Assembly (NCBI GenBank): GCA_963706115.1
Contig: CAVPMG010000023.1
Coordinates: forward strand, 37,613 to 101,612
Reading direction: 5' to 3'
Origin: an uncultured Actinomycetes bacterium
GTDB taxonomy: Bacteria; Actinomycetota; Actinomycetes; Streptosporangiales; Streptosporangiaceae
DNA: 64,000 nucleotides
Position numbers and translations under genes: made by a program. A model generated the notes under the pieces. It made no database searches. It worked only from the letters and a program-made list of their open reading frames with translations, and was not told the DNA's origin. The stretch's first letter is position 1; every line of letters begins with the position of its first letter. Positions 35,927 to 45,125 of this stretch are shown here, piece after piece.

Positions 35927-36772
35927 GTGAGCTGGGCGGTCAGGCCAGCCCCGGGGCCACGTCAAGTCTCCGGGGCGGCCCTGGCCCCGGCCATGCGTTC
36001 GGTCTCTTCCGTCCTGTCGCTGGTGGCGGCGGCGGTGATCTGGATCGCGCTGCTCGGCCCGGTCATCGCCCTGTTCTTCCACATCACGCCGCACGCGGTG
36101 AGCACCGCGCTGCGGGCTCCCGGGGCGCTCACCCCGCTGGTGGTGTCCCTGCAGTCGGGCCTGATCACCCTCGCCGTGCTGGTCTGCTTCGGCACCCCGC
36201 TGGCGTGGATGATGGCACGCGGCAAGCTGCCGTGGCCCTGGCTGTGGGAGGCCGGGGTGCTCGCCTGCCTGCTGCTGCCGCCGCTCGTGGTCGGCCTGCT
36301 GCTGATCTTCATGGTCGGGCCGTTCACCCCGATCGGCCAGGCGCTCGGCCATTTCAACCTCTCCGCCACCAACACGTTCTTCGCCCTGGTCATCGCGGAG
36401 GTCTACGAGTCCGCGCCGTACTACGTGCTCGGCGCGCAGGCGGCCATCGCGGCCGTGGACCCGAGGATGGAGCAGCAGGCGGCGCTGCTCGGTGACCGGC
36501 CGTTCCGTGCGGTGCGCCGGGTGACGCTGCCGCTGGCCGCGCCGGGGCTGGCGATGGCCCTGACCGTGGCCTGGGCGCGGGCCATGGGCGCGTTCGGCGC
36601 GGTGATCATCATCGCCTACCACCCGTACGGGCTACCGTTGCAGATCTGGACGACGCTGCAGGAGACGGGGCTGGCCTCGGCGCTGCCCTTCGCGCTGGTC
36701 CTGCTGGTGGTCGCCCTGCCGCTGCCGCTTGCCGCCTACCTGTGGAGCGCCCGTGCTCGAGGCCGACGTTGA
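35927..36772 (+). CDS. ABC importer permease (ModB/CysT-like)
   Basis: 281 aa, about 6 TM helices. EAA-like loop (..AAVDPRMEQQAALLGDRPFRAVRRVTLPLAAPG). The start could be ATG 35993. Confidence 0.8.
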   Translation: MSWAVRPAPGPRQVSGAALAPAMRSVSSVLSLVAAAVIWIALLGPVIALFFHITPHAVSTALRAPGALTPLVVSLQSGLITLAVLVCFGTPLAWMMARGKLPWPWLWEAGVLACLLLPPLVVGLLLIFMVGPFTPIGQALGHFNLSATNTFFALVIAEVYESAPYYVLGAQAAIAAVDPRMEQQAALLGDRPFRAVRRVTLPLAAPGLAMALTVAWARAMGAFGAVIIIAYHPYGLPLQIWTTLQETGLASALPFALVLLVVALPLPLAAYLWSARARGRR

Positions 36773-37742
36773 GGTTGACCGCCGGGAGTTCACCCTCGCG
36801 GTGACGCTTCGGGTGGCGCCGGGGGAGCGGCTGGCACTGTTCGGCCCGTCGGGCGCGGGCAAGACCACGGCCCTGGAGGTGATCGCCGGGCTGGTGCCGC
36901 CGCGCCGCGGCCGCGTGGTGCTCGGCGGCCGGGTGCTCACCCAGACCTCGGCGCCGCGTGCCGCGGTCCCGCCGTGGCAGCGGCGGGTGGGCCTGCTCCG
37001 CCAGGACCCGGCGCTGTTCCCGCACCTCACCGTCAGGCAGAACCTGGAATACGGGGCCGGACCGCGGCCGGACCCGGCCGCCGCCGAGCGGCTCGCCGCC
37101 GAACTGGGCATCGACGGGCTGCTGGCCGCCCGGCCCGCGGGGCTGTCCGGCGGTCAGGCGCACCGGGTCGCGCTCGGCCGGCTGCTGCTCGCGCGGTGCG
37201 AGGCACTGCTGCTCGATGAGCCCTACACCGGTCTCGACACAGGGCTGCGCCGGGTGCTGACGGCGCTGGTCCGCAAGCTCGCCGCGGACCGGGACATCCC
37301 CGTGGTGCTTGTCGCGCACGAACTTGCCGAGGCGCAGGCGTTCGCCGACCGGCTCGCGGTGCTGGACGCCGGGAAGCTGATACAGGACGCGGCGTCCGAC
37401 GAGGTGGTCCGGTGGCCGGCCAGCCGCCGGGTCGCCGAACTGGTCGGCTACCTGGGCTTCGTGCCCTGCCCGGCGGGCGGCGCGGGCGCCGTCGCCGGGG
37501 TGCATCCGGAACGTGTGGTGCCCGGTGCCCAGGCTGGGCGGGGGCTGGTGCTGTCCGGGCAGGTCCAGGCCAGCCACCCGGCCGGGGCCGGCTGGGAGGC
37601 CGCCCTGGCGGCCGGTCCGGACGTCGTCTGGTGCCGGCTGCCTGAAGCCCCGGGCGCCGAGGCGACGGTCACCGTCCTGGATCCGCCGTGCTTCGGGCCG
37701 GACGGCATGCTCCTGCCCCGGTCCACCCAGGTGTCGGCATGA
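36753..37742 (+). CDS. ABC importer ATP-binding protein (ModC-like)
   Basis: GTG 36753 overlaps the permease 3' end. Walker A GPSGAGKTT, signature LSGGQAHRV, Walker B LLLDEPYTGLD. Has a C-terminal extra domain. Confidence 0.85.
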   Translation: MLEADVEVDRREFTLAVTLRVAPGERLALFGPSGAGKTTALEVIAGLVPPRRGRVVLGGRVLTQTSAPRAAVPPWQRRVGLLRQDPALFPHLTVRQNLEYGAGPRPDPAAAERLAAELGIDGLLAARPAGLSGGQAHRVALGRLLLARCEALLLDEPYTGLDTGLRRVLTALVRKLAADRDIPVVLVAHELAEAQAFADRLAVLDAGKLIQDAASDEVVRWPASRRVAELVGYLGFVPCPAGGAGAVAGVHPERVVPGAQAGRGLVLSGQVQASHPAGAGWEAALAAGPDVVWCRLPEAPGAEATVTVLDPPCFGPDGMLLPRSTQVSA

Positions 37743-38848
37743 CCAGGGGCGGGGCGGCCGGCTCGGGCGCACGGCTGCGCCTGGCCCGGCAGGCGCGGGG
37801 GTACTCACAGCAGCAGCTTGCCCACATGGCCGGGGTGTCGCGGCAGGCGGTGTCCGCGGTCGAGGCCGGTCATTCCGACCCGTCGCTGCGGGTCGCGCTC
37901 GCGCTCGCCCGGGCCCTGGGGGTGACCGCCGAGGAACTGTTCGGCCCGGGCAACGAGCCCCCGCCGGTCGCGGCGCGGCCGGTGGCGCCGCTGGGGCCAC
38001 CGGGCGCCCGGGTGTCGCTCGCGCCGCTGGGCGAGTCCTTCGTGGCCTTTCCGCTTACCGGCGACACCGCCGCCCAGGCCGGCTTCGCCCCCGCCGGGGG
38101 CGTGGTCACCGGGCGGGACGGCGAGGTGCTGCCGGTCGCGCCGCCCCGGCCGACGCTGGTGGTGGCCGGCTGCGACCCGGCGCTGCCGCTGCTGGAGAGC
38201 CCGCTCGCCGCGCTCGACCCGCCGGTCGGCTTCGCCTGGTGGCCCTGCGGCAGCGGGGAGGCGCTCCGCCTGGCCGAGGCGGGCCTGGTCCACGTCGCAG
38301 GCGCGCACCTGCGCGGGCGCACCGGGGAGTACAACACCGGGCCGGCCCGTGAGCGCCTGCGCGACGACGGCGCCGAGGTGCTCTGCTTCGCCGCCTGGCG
38401 GGAGGGCCTGGTGCTGCGGCCGGACCTGGCCGGCCAGGTCGGCGGCCTGGCCGACGTCGCGCGGTGCGGGCTGCGCCTGGTGAACAGGGAGCAGGGTGCC
38501 GAGGCGCGCCGGGTGCTCGACCGGGAGGCGGCCAAGCTGGGCATCGCCCCGGGCACCCTCCCGGGCTACGACACCAGGGTCACCGGGCACCTGAAGGTGG
38601 CGGCCGCGATCACGGCCGGGCTGGCGGACACCGGGGTGGCGAGCGAGCCGGCCGCGCTCGCCTACGGCCTGGCCTTCCTCCCGCTCGCCGCGGAACGGTT
38701 CGACCTGGTGATCCCCGCCCGGCAGGCAGGCTCCCGCGAGGTCCAGGCGCTGCGCCGGGCGCTCGCCTCGCCGTGGCTGCTCAGCCAGCTGGACAGCCTG
38801 CCCGGCTACGACCCCAGCCGGTGCGGAGAGGTCGTCGCATCGTGGTAG
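37739..38848 (+). CDS. XRE-family HTH regulator fused to a periplasmic-binding-protein-like (oxyanion-binding) domain
   Basis: The ATG overlaps the upstream stop (ATGA). HTH LRLARQARGYSQQQLAHMAGVSRQAVSAVEAGHSDPSLRVALALARALGV. The C-terminal ~270 aa have PBP-like alternating beta/alpha character (LVVAGCDPAL..., GLADTGVASEPAALAYGLAFLPL). Confidence 0.7.
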   Translation: MTRGGAAGSGARLRLARQARGYSQQQLAHMAGVSRQAVSAVEAGHSDPSLRVALALARALGVTAEELFGPGNEPPPVAARPVAPLGPPGARVSLAPLGESFVAFPLTGDTAAQAGFAPAGGVVTGRDGEVLPVAPPRPTLVVAGCDPALPLLESPLAALDPPVGFAWWPCGSGEALRLAEAGLVHVAGAHLRGRTGEYNTGPARERLRDDGAEVLCFAAWREGLVLRPDLAGQVGGLADVARCGLRLVNREQGAEARRVLDREAAKLGIAPGTLPGYDTRVTGHLKVAAAITAGLADTGVASEPAALAYGLAFLPLAAERFDLVIPARQAGSREVQALRRALASPWLLSQLDSLPGYDPSRCGEVVASW

Positions 38849-38849
38849 G

Positions 38850-39395
38850 TCAGAGCCCGAATACCGGAATGAGGGTCGCCCGCGCGATGGTGTGGGAGCC
38901 CAGGTTGAACCCGGCGACGGCGGGCGAGACGTCGGAGTCCACGCCCTGGCTGGCCAGGTCGTCGACGTCCAGCGCGTGCACGGCGAACACGTACCGATGG
39001 GGCGGGTCGCCCGCGGGTGGCGCGGCACCGCCGAACGCCTTGACGCCGTAGTCGTTGCGGACGCAGAACGCCCCGGCAGGCAGCCCGGGCTGGTCGCCGC
39101 TGATCGCGCCGGTGGCCAGTTCGGTGACGGACGCCGGCACATCAAGCAGCACCAGGTGCCAGAACCCGGACCCGGTGGGGGCGTCCGGGTCGAAACAGGT
39201 CACCGCGAAGCTCTTGGTCTCCGCGGGGAAGCCGCTCCAGCTCAGCTGCGGGGAAATGTTCTGCCCGGTCATGCCCCAGCCGTCGAAGACCTGGGCGTCG
39301 GGCATCTGCTGGCCATCGGCCACGTCCGTGCTGGTTAGCGTGAACGACGGCACGGACGGCATGAAGTCATAGGGCAAGGGCGCGCGCGCGGTCAT
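38850..39395 (-). CDS. YbhB/YbcL family Raf-kinase-inhibitor-like (PEBP) protein
   Basis: SPQLSWSGFP, FDPDAPTGSGFWHLVLLDVP, PPAGDPPHRYVFAVHALD. Confidence 0.88.
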   Translation of the reverse strand: MTARAPLPYDFMPSVPSFTLTSTDVADGQQMPDAQVFDGWGMTGQNISPQLSWSGFPAETKSFAVTCFDPDAPTGSGFWHLVLLDVPASVTELATGAISGDQPGLPAGAFCVRNDYGVKAFGGAAPPAGDPPHRYVFAVHALDVDDLASQGVDSDVSPAVAGFNLGSHTIARATLIPVFGL

Positions 39396-39614
39396 GAGTC
39401 ATCTCCGTACAAGTCGGTCGGTCGGGCCGCCGGTCCACGGGCGGGCGGGGCGGCCACGCCTACGCTATCCACAGCCCAGCAGTCACGGCGGCAAATCCCC
39501 TCCCAGCCGGTTCCGTGCCACCTGCCCAAGCCAACCCTCAGCCAACGGCGCTACCGTGGTGCCGCGGATGGGATCTGGGCCGAGCGATAGCAGCCGGGAG
39601 GCGCGGAGCGAGGC

Positions 39615-41000
39615 GTGAAGGTAACGCATGGTTGGCCGAAGTGGGTACGCCGCCTGTCGTTCGCGGCCGTCCTGCTCGTTGCCGCGATCACCCCGGGCAT
39701 TTCGGCGGGGTGGTCGTCTCAGCTGTGCCAGGGGGCTCGCTGCGAGACTGCGGGCACCATCCGGTGGATCCGGCCGATGCCCGGATCGTGGACCGTGCAG
39801 AACGGGGAGGTGGGCACCACCCCGGTCGGGGGCCAGGCCTACGCCGCACTGGGGTCCCAGATCGCCGCGGTCGGCGCCGGGCTCACCGTCTCCGCCTATC
39901 AGGCCAGCACAGGGACACGGCTGTGGACGACCGTGCTGACCGGCTTCCCGGCCGGGTCGGCGATCACCGCGGTCCGGGTGTGGCCGGGCGTGGTCACCGT
40001 CGGGGTCGTGCCGCCGGCGCCGCCCGGGCCGTCCACCGGTACCGCGCCCGCCCCGGGCGGCGCCGCCGCGCCCGGCCGCGGGCATGCCACCGCCAGCGGC
40101 AACGGGCACGCGGCGGGCGGGACACCGGCCACGAGCGGCGCCGCCGCTGTGTACCACGGCCCGCCACGGTCGGAGGTCGTGCTCCGGGCCGGCACCGGGC
40201 ACAAGATCCGCGCCTACCCGGCCGCCCAGTTCGGCGGCGCGGTCGCGGCCAGCACCGCCACCACCGTCGTCGTCGGGCCCCGCGCGGTGACCAGCTACGC
40301 CAACCACACCGGCACGGTGCGCTGGAGCCGGCCCACCGGCGCGGTCCCGCAGGCCTGGCAGGTGGACGGCGGCGAACTCTACATGGCGGTGGCGGCCGGA
40401 GGTTACCTCGGCGCCGCGCCGGTCACCGCGCTGCGCCGGATCAGCCTCGGCACCGGCGCGCAGCACGTCGTGCGCCCGCACGGCCCGTCCTTCCTCGGTG
40501 CGCTCAGCCTCGCCTACCGGGGCGTCGTGGTGTTCTCCTCGGCGCGGTGGACCAGGGGGTACAGCGCCACCACCGGCCGCGAGTTGTGGCACTACCCCGG
40601 CGCGCTGCCCGACACGGTGGACGCGGTCACCGGCCGGCTGTATCTGATCTTCGGCAATACGCTGATCGGGCTGAACCCGCAGACCGGGAGCACCCTGGCC
40701 CGGGTGAACGCGGCCTCCTCGTCCGGGGTGTACGGGGTCCGCGAGGGCGCGGTGCTCGGCATCGATCACGGCGCGCTCGGCAAGGCCTGGGGCTATGGCA
40801 TCGCGGCGCAGCAGGTGCTCTGGACGAGCCGGCCGCTGCCCTGGCCGCACTATTTCGTGGACCTGTCCGGCATCGGCGGCAGCGCCCCGCCCGGCCAGGA
40901 CGCGGTGCTGCTCGCGATCTGCGGTCAGGTGGCCGCCCAGGCGACCGGGACCACCGTACCGACGTGCACCCGCCCCGAGCTTGCCGTGCTGAACCGCTGA
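39615..41000 (+). CDS. Secreted PQQ-like / BamB-like beta-propeller repeat protein
   Basis: Signal-like N-terminus (VRRLSFAAVLLVAAITPGISAG). Recurring ..TG..(L/R)W.. blade motifs (ASTGTRLWTT, HTGTVRWSR, TTGRELWHY, QTGSTLARV, AAQQVLWTS). An Ala/Pro/Gly-rich insert lies at aa 130-190. Confidence 0.6.
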   Translation: MKVTHGWPKWVRRLSFAAVLLVAAITPGISAGWSSQLCQGARCETAGTIRWIRPMPGSWTVQNGEVGTTPVGGQAYAALGSQIAAVGAGLTVSAYQASTGTRLWTTVLTGFPAGSAITAVRVWPGVVTVGVVPPAPPGPSTGTAPAPGGAAAPGRGHATASGNGHAAGGTPATSGAAAVYHGPPRSEVVLRAGTGHKIRAYPAAQFGGAVAASTATTVVVGPRAVTSYANHTGTVRWSRPTGAVPQAWQVDGGELYMAVAAGGYLGAAPVTALRRISLGTGAQHVVRPHGPSFLGALSLAYRGVVVFSSARWTRGYSATTGRELWHYPGALPDTVDAVTGRLYLIFGNTLIGLNPQTGSTLARVNAASSSGVYGVREGAVLGIDHGALGKAWGYGIAAQQVLWTSRPLPWPHYFVDLSGIGGSAPPGQDAVLLAICGQVAAQATGTTVPTCTRPELAVLNR

Positions 41001-41164
41001 CCACGCGGCCCCACCAGCGGCCGGGATCCGGCGGGCCGCGGGGAGCGTAGCGCATGTGAATCCGGGTACCGCAGGAGACCTCGGCCGGGGCATGTTTGCG
41101 CGGCCGGCCCGGTTGTCCATAAGGGGGACGGGTAGACACCTACCGGCATGAAGGAGGCAGCAAG

Positions 41165-42490
41165 ATGACAGCGCGGCGCCGCAGTCAGCGGCCGCAGGAC
41201 GCGCCCCGGGTGATCGTCGTCGGGGCCGGGTTCGCCGGGCTGACGGCGGTGAAGGAATTGCATCGGGTAGGCGCGCAGGTGCTGCTCATCGACCGGAACA
41301 TCTACAGCACTTTCCAGCCGCTGCTGTACCAGGTGGCGACCGGCGGGCTGAACCCGGGCGACGTGGCCTACCCGCTCCGCACGCTCGCGCGCAGGAAGGC
41401 CGCCAGCTTCCGGCCGGGGGAACTGGCAGGCATCGACCCGGCCGGCCGCCGGATCACGCTGACCGACGGCACCGTGCTCGGCTACGACTACCTGGTGCTC
41501 GGCACCGGGGTGTCGGCCGCCTACTACGGCGTGACCGGGGCGGCCGAGCACACCTTCGGCCTGTACACCCGCCACGACGCGGTCGCGCTGCGGGACCACA
41601 TCATGGCCCGGCTGGAGCGGCTCGACATCGAGGGCCACGGCCACGATGTCGATTTCACCGTGGTCGGCGGCGGGGCGACCGGCGTGGAACTGGCCGGCGC
41701 CCTGGCCGAACTGCGCGATGACGCGGACGCCTTCCCCGAAGTGGACCGGGCCGACGTGCACATCCGGCTGGTCGAGATGGCCCCGGCGCTGCTGGCGCCG
41801 TTCCACAAGAAGCTGCAGCGCTACGCCCTGACCGAGTTGCGCCGCCGGGGCGTGGACGTGCACCTGAACACCAGGATCTCCGAGATCACCGACGATCAGG
41901 TGATCCTGGCGAACGGCGACAAGCTGCCCAGCGACGTCACCGTGTGGGCGGCCGGGGTGTCCGCGCCCGACGACGTGCGCGCCTGGGGCCTGCCGCAGGG
42001 TCACGGCGGGCGCATCGAGGTCGGGCCCGACCTGCGGGTCGCGGGGCAGGACCGGATCTTCGCCACCGGGGACGTCGCGCTGATCGAGGGCCAGTCGCTG
42101 CCCCAGGTCGCCCAGCCGGCCATCCAGAGCGGGCGGCACGCGGCACAGCAGATCGCGCTGCTCATGGCGGGCCGTCCCACCCAGCCGTTCCGCTACCACG
42201 ACAAGGGCATCATGGCGACGATCGGCCGGCGCAGCGCGGTGGTCGAGTTCCCCCGCGGGGCGCGGCTGCGCGGCACGCTGGCCTGGTTCGCCTGGCTGGG
42301 CCTGCACCTGTTCTACCTACTGGGCGGGCGCAACAGGCTGTCCGCGCTGCTCAACCTGTCCTACCGGTACCTGGTCTGGGGACACGGCGGCGGCGTGATC
42401 GTCGGGGACGACCCGCCCGGTGCCGTCCCTGGCGGCCCGGCGCGGGCGCTGCCCGGCGCCGCCGCGGGTTCCCGTCAAGGCGCCTCGTGA
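41165..42490 (+). CDS. ndh: Type II NADH:quinone oxidoreductase (NDH-2)
   Basis: Two dinucleotide folds, VIVVGAGFAGL and FTVVGGGATGVELAG. FATGDVA. C-terminal membrane-association helices. Confidence 0.88.
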   Translation: MTARRRSQRPQDAPRVIVVGAGFAGLTAVKELHRVGAQVLLIDRNIYSTFQPLLYQVATGGLNPGDVAYPLRTLARRKAASFRPGELAGIDPAGRRITLTDGTVLGYDYLVLGTGVSAAYYGVTGAAEHTFGLYTRHDAVALRDHIMARLERLDIEGHGHDVDFTVVGGGATGVELAGALAELRDDADAFPEVDRADVHIRLVEMAPALLAPFHKKLQRYALTELRRRGVDVHLNTRISEITDDQVILANGDKLPSDVTVWAAGVSAPDDVRAWGLPQGHGGRIEVGPDLRVAGQDRIFATGDVALIEGQSLPQVAQPAIQSGRHAAQQIALLMAGRPTQPFRYHDKGIMATIGRRSAVVEFPRGARLRGTLAWFAWLGLHLFYLLGGRNRLSALLNLSYRYLVWGHGGGVIVGDDPPGAVPGGPARALPGAAAGSRQGAS

Positions 42491-42510
42491 GGGCTGCTTA
42501 ACTAGGACCT

Positions 42511-43206
42511 ATGCCCGCAGCCGCCGAGAGGCCGTTTGTGCCGACGCCCATGCCCGGCCACCCTGGCCGCCCGCCCGAGCAGGTGGCGGCGGGAGCGCTG
42601 GTGCTGCGGCGGGTGCACGCCAGCGACGCGGGCGCGATCGCGGTGGCGGTGCGCGCGAGCCTGGAGCACCTGCGCCCGTGGATGCCGTGGGCCACCCCGG
42701 ACGCGGGCGATCTGCGGTCCCAGCTCGTGCGGGTGGCCGAGGCGGACGAGATGTGGGAGTCGGGCACCGGGTTCATCTATGTGATGATCGCGCGCGGCAC
42801 CGGCCTGCCAGGACCTGCCGCCGGCATGGTCAGCGACCCGGACGGCGAGTTCGTCGGCACGATCGGGCTGCACCGCAGGCTCGCCGACTACGCCGTGGAG
42901 ATCGGCTACTGGACCGTGGCGGCGAGGACCAGGCGCGGCTACGCGACCGCGGCGGCGCAGGCGCTCACCCCGGTGGCGCTGGCGCTGCCCGGCGCGCGGC
43001 GGGTGGAGATCCATTGCGACGAGGCCAACACCGCCAGCGCGGGCGTGCCCCGCAAGCTGGGCTACCGGCTCGACCGCGTGGAGGAGCACGAGAAGGAGGC
43101 GCCCGGGGAGCGGGGCCGCCGGATGATCTGGGTCTGGGACCCGGCAGAGGAGCCACGCGCCACCGGGGCACCGGACGGGCACGTGGCATGGGGAGGCACC
43201 CGGTGA
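42511..43206 (+). CDS. GNAT family N-acetyltransferase (RimJ/RimL-like)
   Basis: LVLRRVHASDAGAIAVAVRASLEHLRPWMPW, GTIGLHRR, RRGYATAAAQALT, RVEIHCDEANTASAGVPRKLGY. Confidence 0.85.
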   Translation: MPAAAERPFVPTPMPGHPGRPPEQVAAGALVLRRVHASDAGAIAVAVRASLEHLRPWMPWATPDAGDLRSQLVRVAEADEMWESGTGFIYVMIARGTGLPGPAAGMVSDPDGEFVGTIGLHRRLADYAVEIGYWTVAARTRRGYATAAAQALTPVALALPGARRVEIHCDEANTASAGVPRKLGYRLDRVEEHEKEAPGERGRRMIWVWDPAEEPRATGAPDGHVAWGGTR

Positions 43207-43228
43207 AGCCGGCGAGCCTGGCCCTAGG

Positions 43229-43338
43229 GCGGGGTGGTGGGGCCAGAGCCAGCAGAGCGCGGGGTGGCGGGGCCAGAGCCAGCAGAGCGCGGGGTGGCGG
43301 GGCAGGCCAGCAGGCGGGGGCAGGGCCAGCAGAGCAGC
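43229..43338. repeat. 30-bp minisatellite, 2 good copies plus about 1.5 degenerate (locus 2); same unit and same strand as 30909-31075
   Basis: GCGGGGTGGTGGGGCCAGAGCCAGCAGAGC at 43229. GCGGGGTGGCGGGGCCAGAGCCAGCAGAGC at 43259. Then GCGGGGTGGCGGGGCAGGCCAGCAGGCGGG / GGCAGGGCCAGCAGAGCAGCGG. Confidence 0.85.
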
Positions 43339-43429
43339 GGTACTGGCGGTATGCGGTCTTGCCCTGGCGGCGTGCGCGTCGGGCGCGGCGGGAGCACCGG
43401 CGGCGGACACCGGGCACTCCGGCGGCGGC

Positions 43430-44440
43430 ATGCAGGGGGCGAACAATCCGGCGCTGGACCCCGGCAGCTCGCTGGGCGGGGCGCGCGCCCCGGACATCCG
43501 GCTGCAGAACCAGTTCGGCCAGCGGATGGCGCTGAGCCAGTTCCGCGGCAAGGCGATCGTCCTGGCGTTCGTGGACTCGGAGTGCACCACGGTGTGCCCG
43601 CTGACCACGGTGAGCATGGTGGAGGCCAAGGAGCTACTCGGCGCGGCGGGCAGCCATGTGCAGTTGCTCGGCGTGGACGCCAACCCGCAGGCCACCAGCG
43701 TGGCCGACGTCATGGCCTACTCCAGGGCGCACGCCATGGTGAACCAGTGGGACTTCCTGACCGGCACCCTGCCGCAGCTCCAGGCGACCTGGCGGGCCTA
43801 CCACATCGCGGTGCAGATCCAGCAGGGGATGATCGACCACACCCCGGCCCTGTTCGTGATCGACCCGCAGGGCCGCGAGCGCACCGTGTACCTCACCCAG
43901 ATGAACTACGCCAGCATCACCCAGGCCGCGCAGCTCATCGCGCAGCGCGTGTCCAGCCTGCTGCCCGGCCACCCGCCGCTGGCGAACACCCACTCGCTGG
44001 CCTACATCACCGGCCAGACCCCGGCGGCGCGGGCCATACTGCCCGGTGTGCCGTCCGGCTCGGTGACCCTGGGGCCGGGGCAGCCCCGGCTGGTGATGTT
44101 CTTCGCCACCTGGGTCGCGGAGACCTCCGACCTGCGGGCCCACCTGCTCGCGCTCAACTCCTACGCCCGCGCCGCGCGGCACGGGAAGCTGCCGGGGCTG
44201 GTCGCGGTGGACGAGCAGACGACCGAGCCGTCGCCCGGCGCGGCCGCGGCGTACCTGAAGAGCCTTGGCACGAAGCTGCACTACCCGGTGGCCGCCGACG
44301 CCACGGGCCGGATCGCTGACGGCTACGGCGTCGCCGACCAGCCGTGGTTCGTGCTCACCTCGGCGAGCGGGAAGATCCTCTGGAAGCACGACGGCTGGCT
44401 GAGCGTGGCGGCGCTGGAGGCCGCGGCGCACCAGGCGTGA
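43430..44440 (+). CDS. SCO1/SenC-like thiol-disulfide oxidoreductase fused to a degenerate TlpA-like thioredoxin domain; 5' end unresolved
   Basis: CxxxCP motif (DSECTTVCP) and a downstream DH(T). The second domain has FFATWVAETS in place of WCxxC. A lipoprotein signal (RASRAAVLAVCGLALAAC) is in frame upstream (43322-43375), but there is no ATG/GTG/TTG in that frame. Confidence 0.75.
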   Translation: MQGANNPALDPGSSLGGARAPDIRLQNQFGQRMALSQFRGKAIVLAFVDSECTTVCPLTTVSMVEAKELLGAAGSHVQLLGVDANPQATSVADVMAYSRAHAMVNQWDFLTGTLPQLQATWRAYHIAVQIQQGMIDHTPALFVIDPQGRERTVYLTQMNYASITQAAQLIAQRVSSLLPGHPPLANTHSLAYITGQTPAARAILPGVPSGSVTLGPGQPRLVMFFATWVAETSDLRAHLLALNSYARAARHGKLPGLVAVDEQTTEPSPGAAAAYLKSLGTKLHYPVAADATGRIADGYGVADQPWFVLTSASGKILWKHDGWLSVAALEAAAHQA

Positions 44441-44442
44441 TC

Positions 44443-44481
44443 CCTGCCCCAGGGCGCGGCCGTGCGGCGGCCCGGGGCAGG
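44443..44481. terminator. Hairpin in a convergent gap
   Basis: CCTGCCCC ... GGGGCAGG (8-bp stem) enclosing a second GC-rich inner pairing. It lies between the stops at 44440 (+) and 44482 (-). Confidence 0.35.
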
Positions 44482-44907
44482 TCAGCAGTGGGCGAAGGCG
44501 GGCATTCGGATCATCGCCCGGCACAGGCGGGCCTTGGTCATCAGGTCGCGGGACTTGACGACGAGTTCCCGGGCGGCGGGTGCCTTGGCGCCCGGCACGT
44601 GCCGCTGGCTGCCGGGGAAGCCGAACGCGAGGGTCAGGGCACAGGCGACCGCGGTCAGCGCGGCAGGAAGCAACACCATGGCGCGGAGCCGGGAGGCCGG
44701 GCGCCGCGCCGTCCACCGGAACCAGCTGCCGATGCTGGCCAGCCGGTCGGCCACCGGCCGCACCGCGACCTGCTCGATCCACGGCATCTTCTCGGCCAGG
44801 TTGAGCCGGGTAAAGATGGAGAACAGTGAGGCGAGACGGGGATCGGACTGCTCGAGCTTGCCCTCGATCGACTCCAAAACTCGCTGTTGACCGGTGGGTA
44901 GGCTCAT
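44482..44907 (-). CDS. DUF3040-like small membrane protein
   Basis: ATG 44907. MSLPTGQQRVLESIEGKLEQSDPRLASLF is the DUF3040 signature, followed by a TM helix (AMVLLPAALTAVACALTLAFG). Confidence 0.75.
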   Translation of the reverse strand: MSLPTGQQRVLESIEGKLEQSDPRLASLFSIFTRLNLAEKMPWIEQVAVRPVADRLASIGSWFRWTARRPASRLRAMVLLPAALTAVACALTLAFGFPGSQRHVPGAKAPAARELVVKSRDLMTKARLCRAMIRMPAFAHC

Positions 44908-45125
44908 CGCAACACATCTCCGCTCTGTCATCTGTCCCTGGATGCCGGTGCCGTAGGAGTTCTACGTTACCGGCCAGGAATGCACGGTGACCGGCGGGTT
45001 CGACTACTAGTGCCCGGCGAGTGCCCTGCCGCGGTGATTACCCAGGGAAACGAGGTTCATCCACGCTGCCACCCCGCCTTCCGACGGTCGCCGGGGTGGT
45101 TTTTCTGTTCCTCGGTGCGATACGC

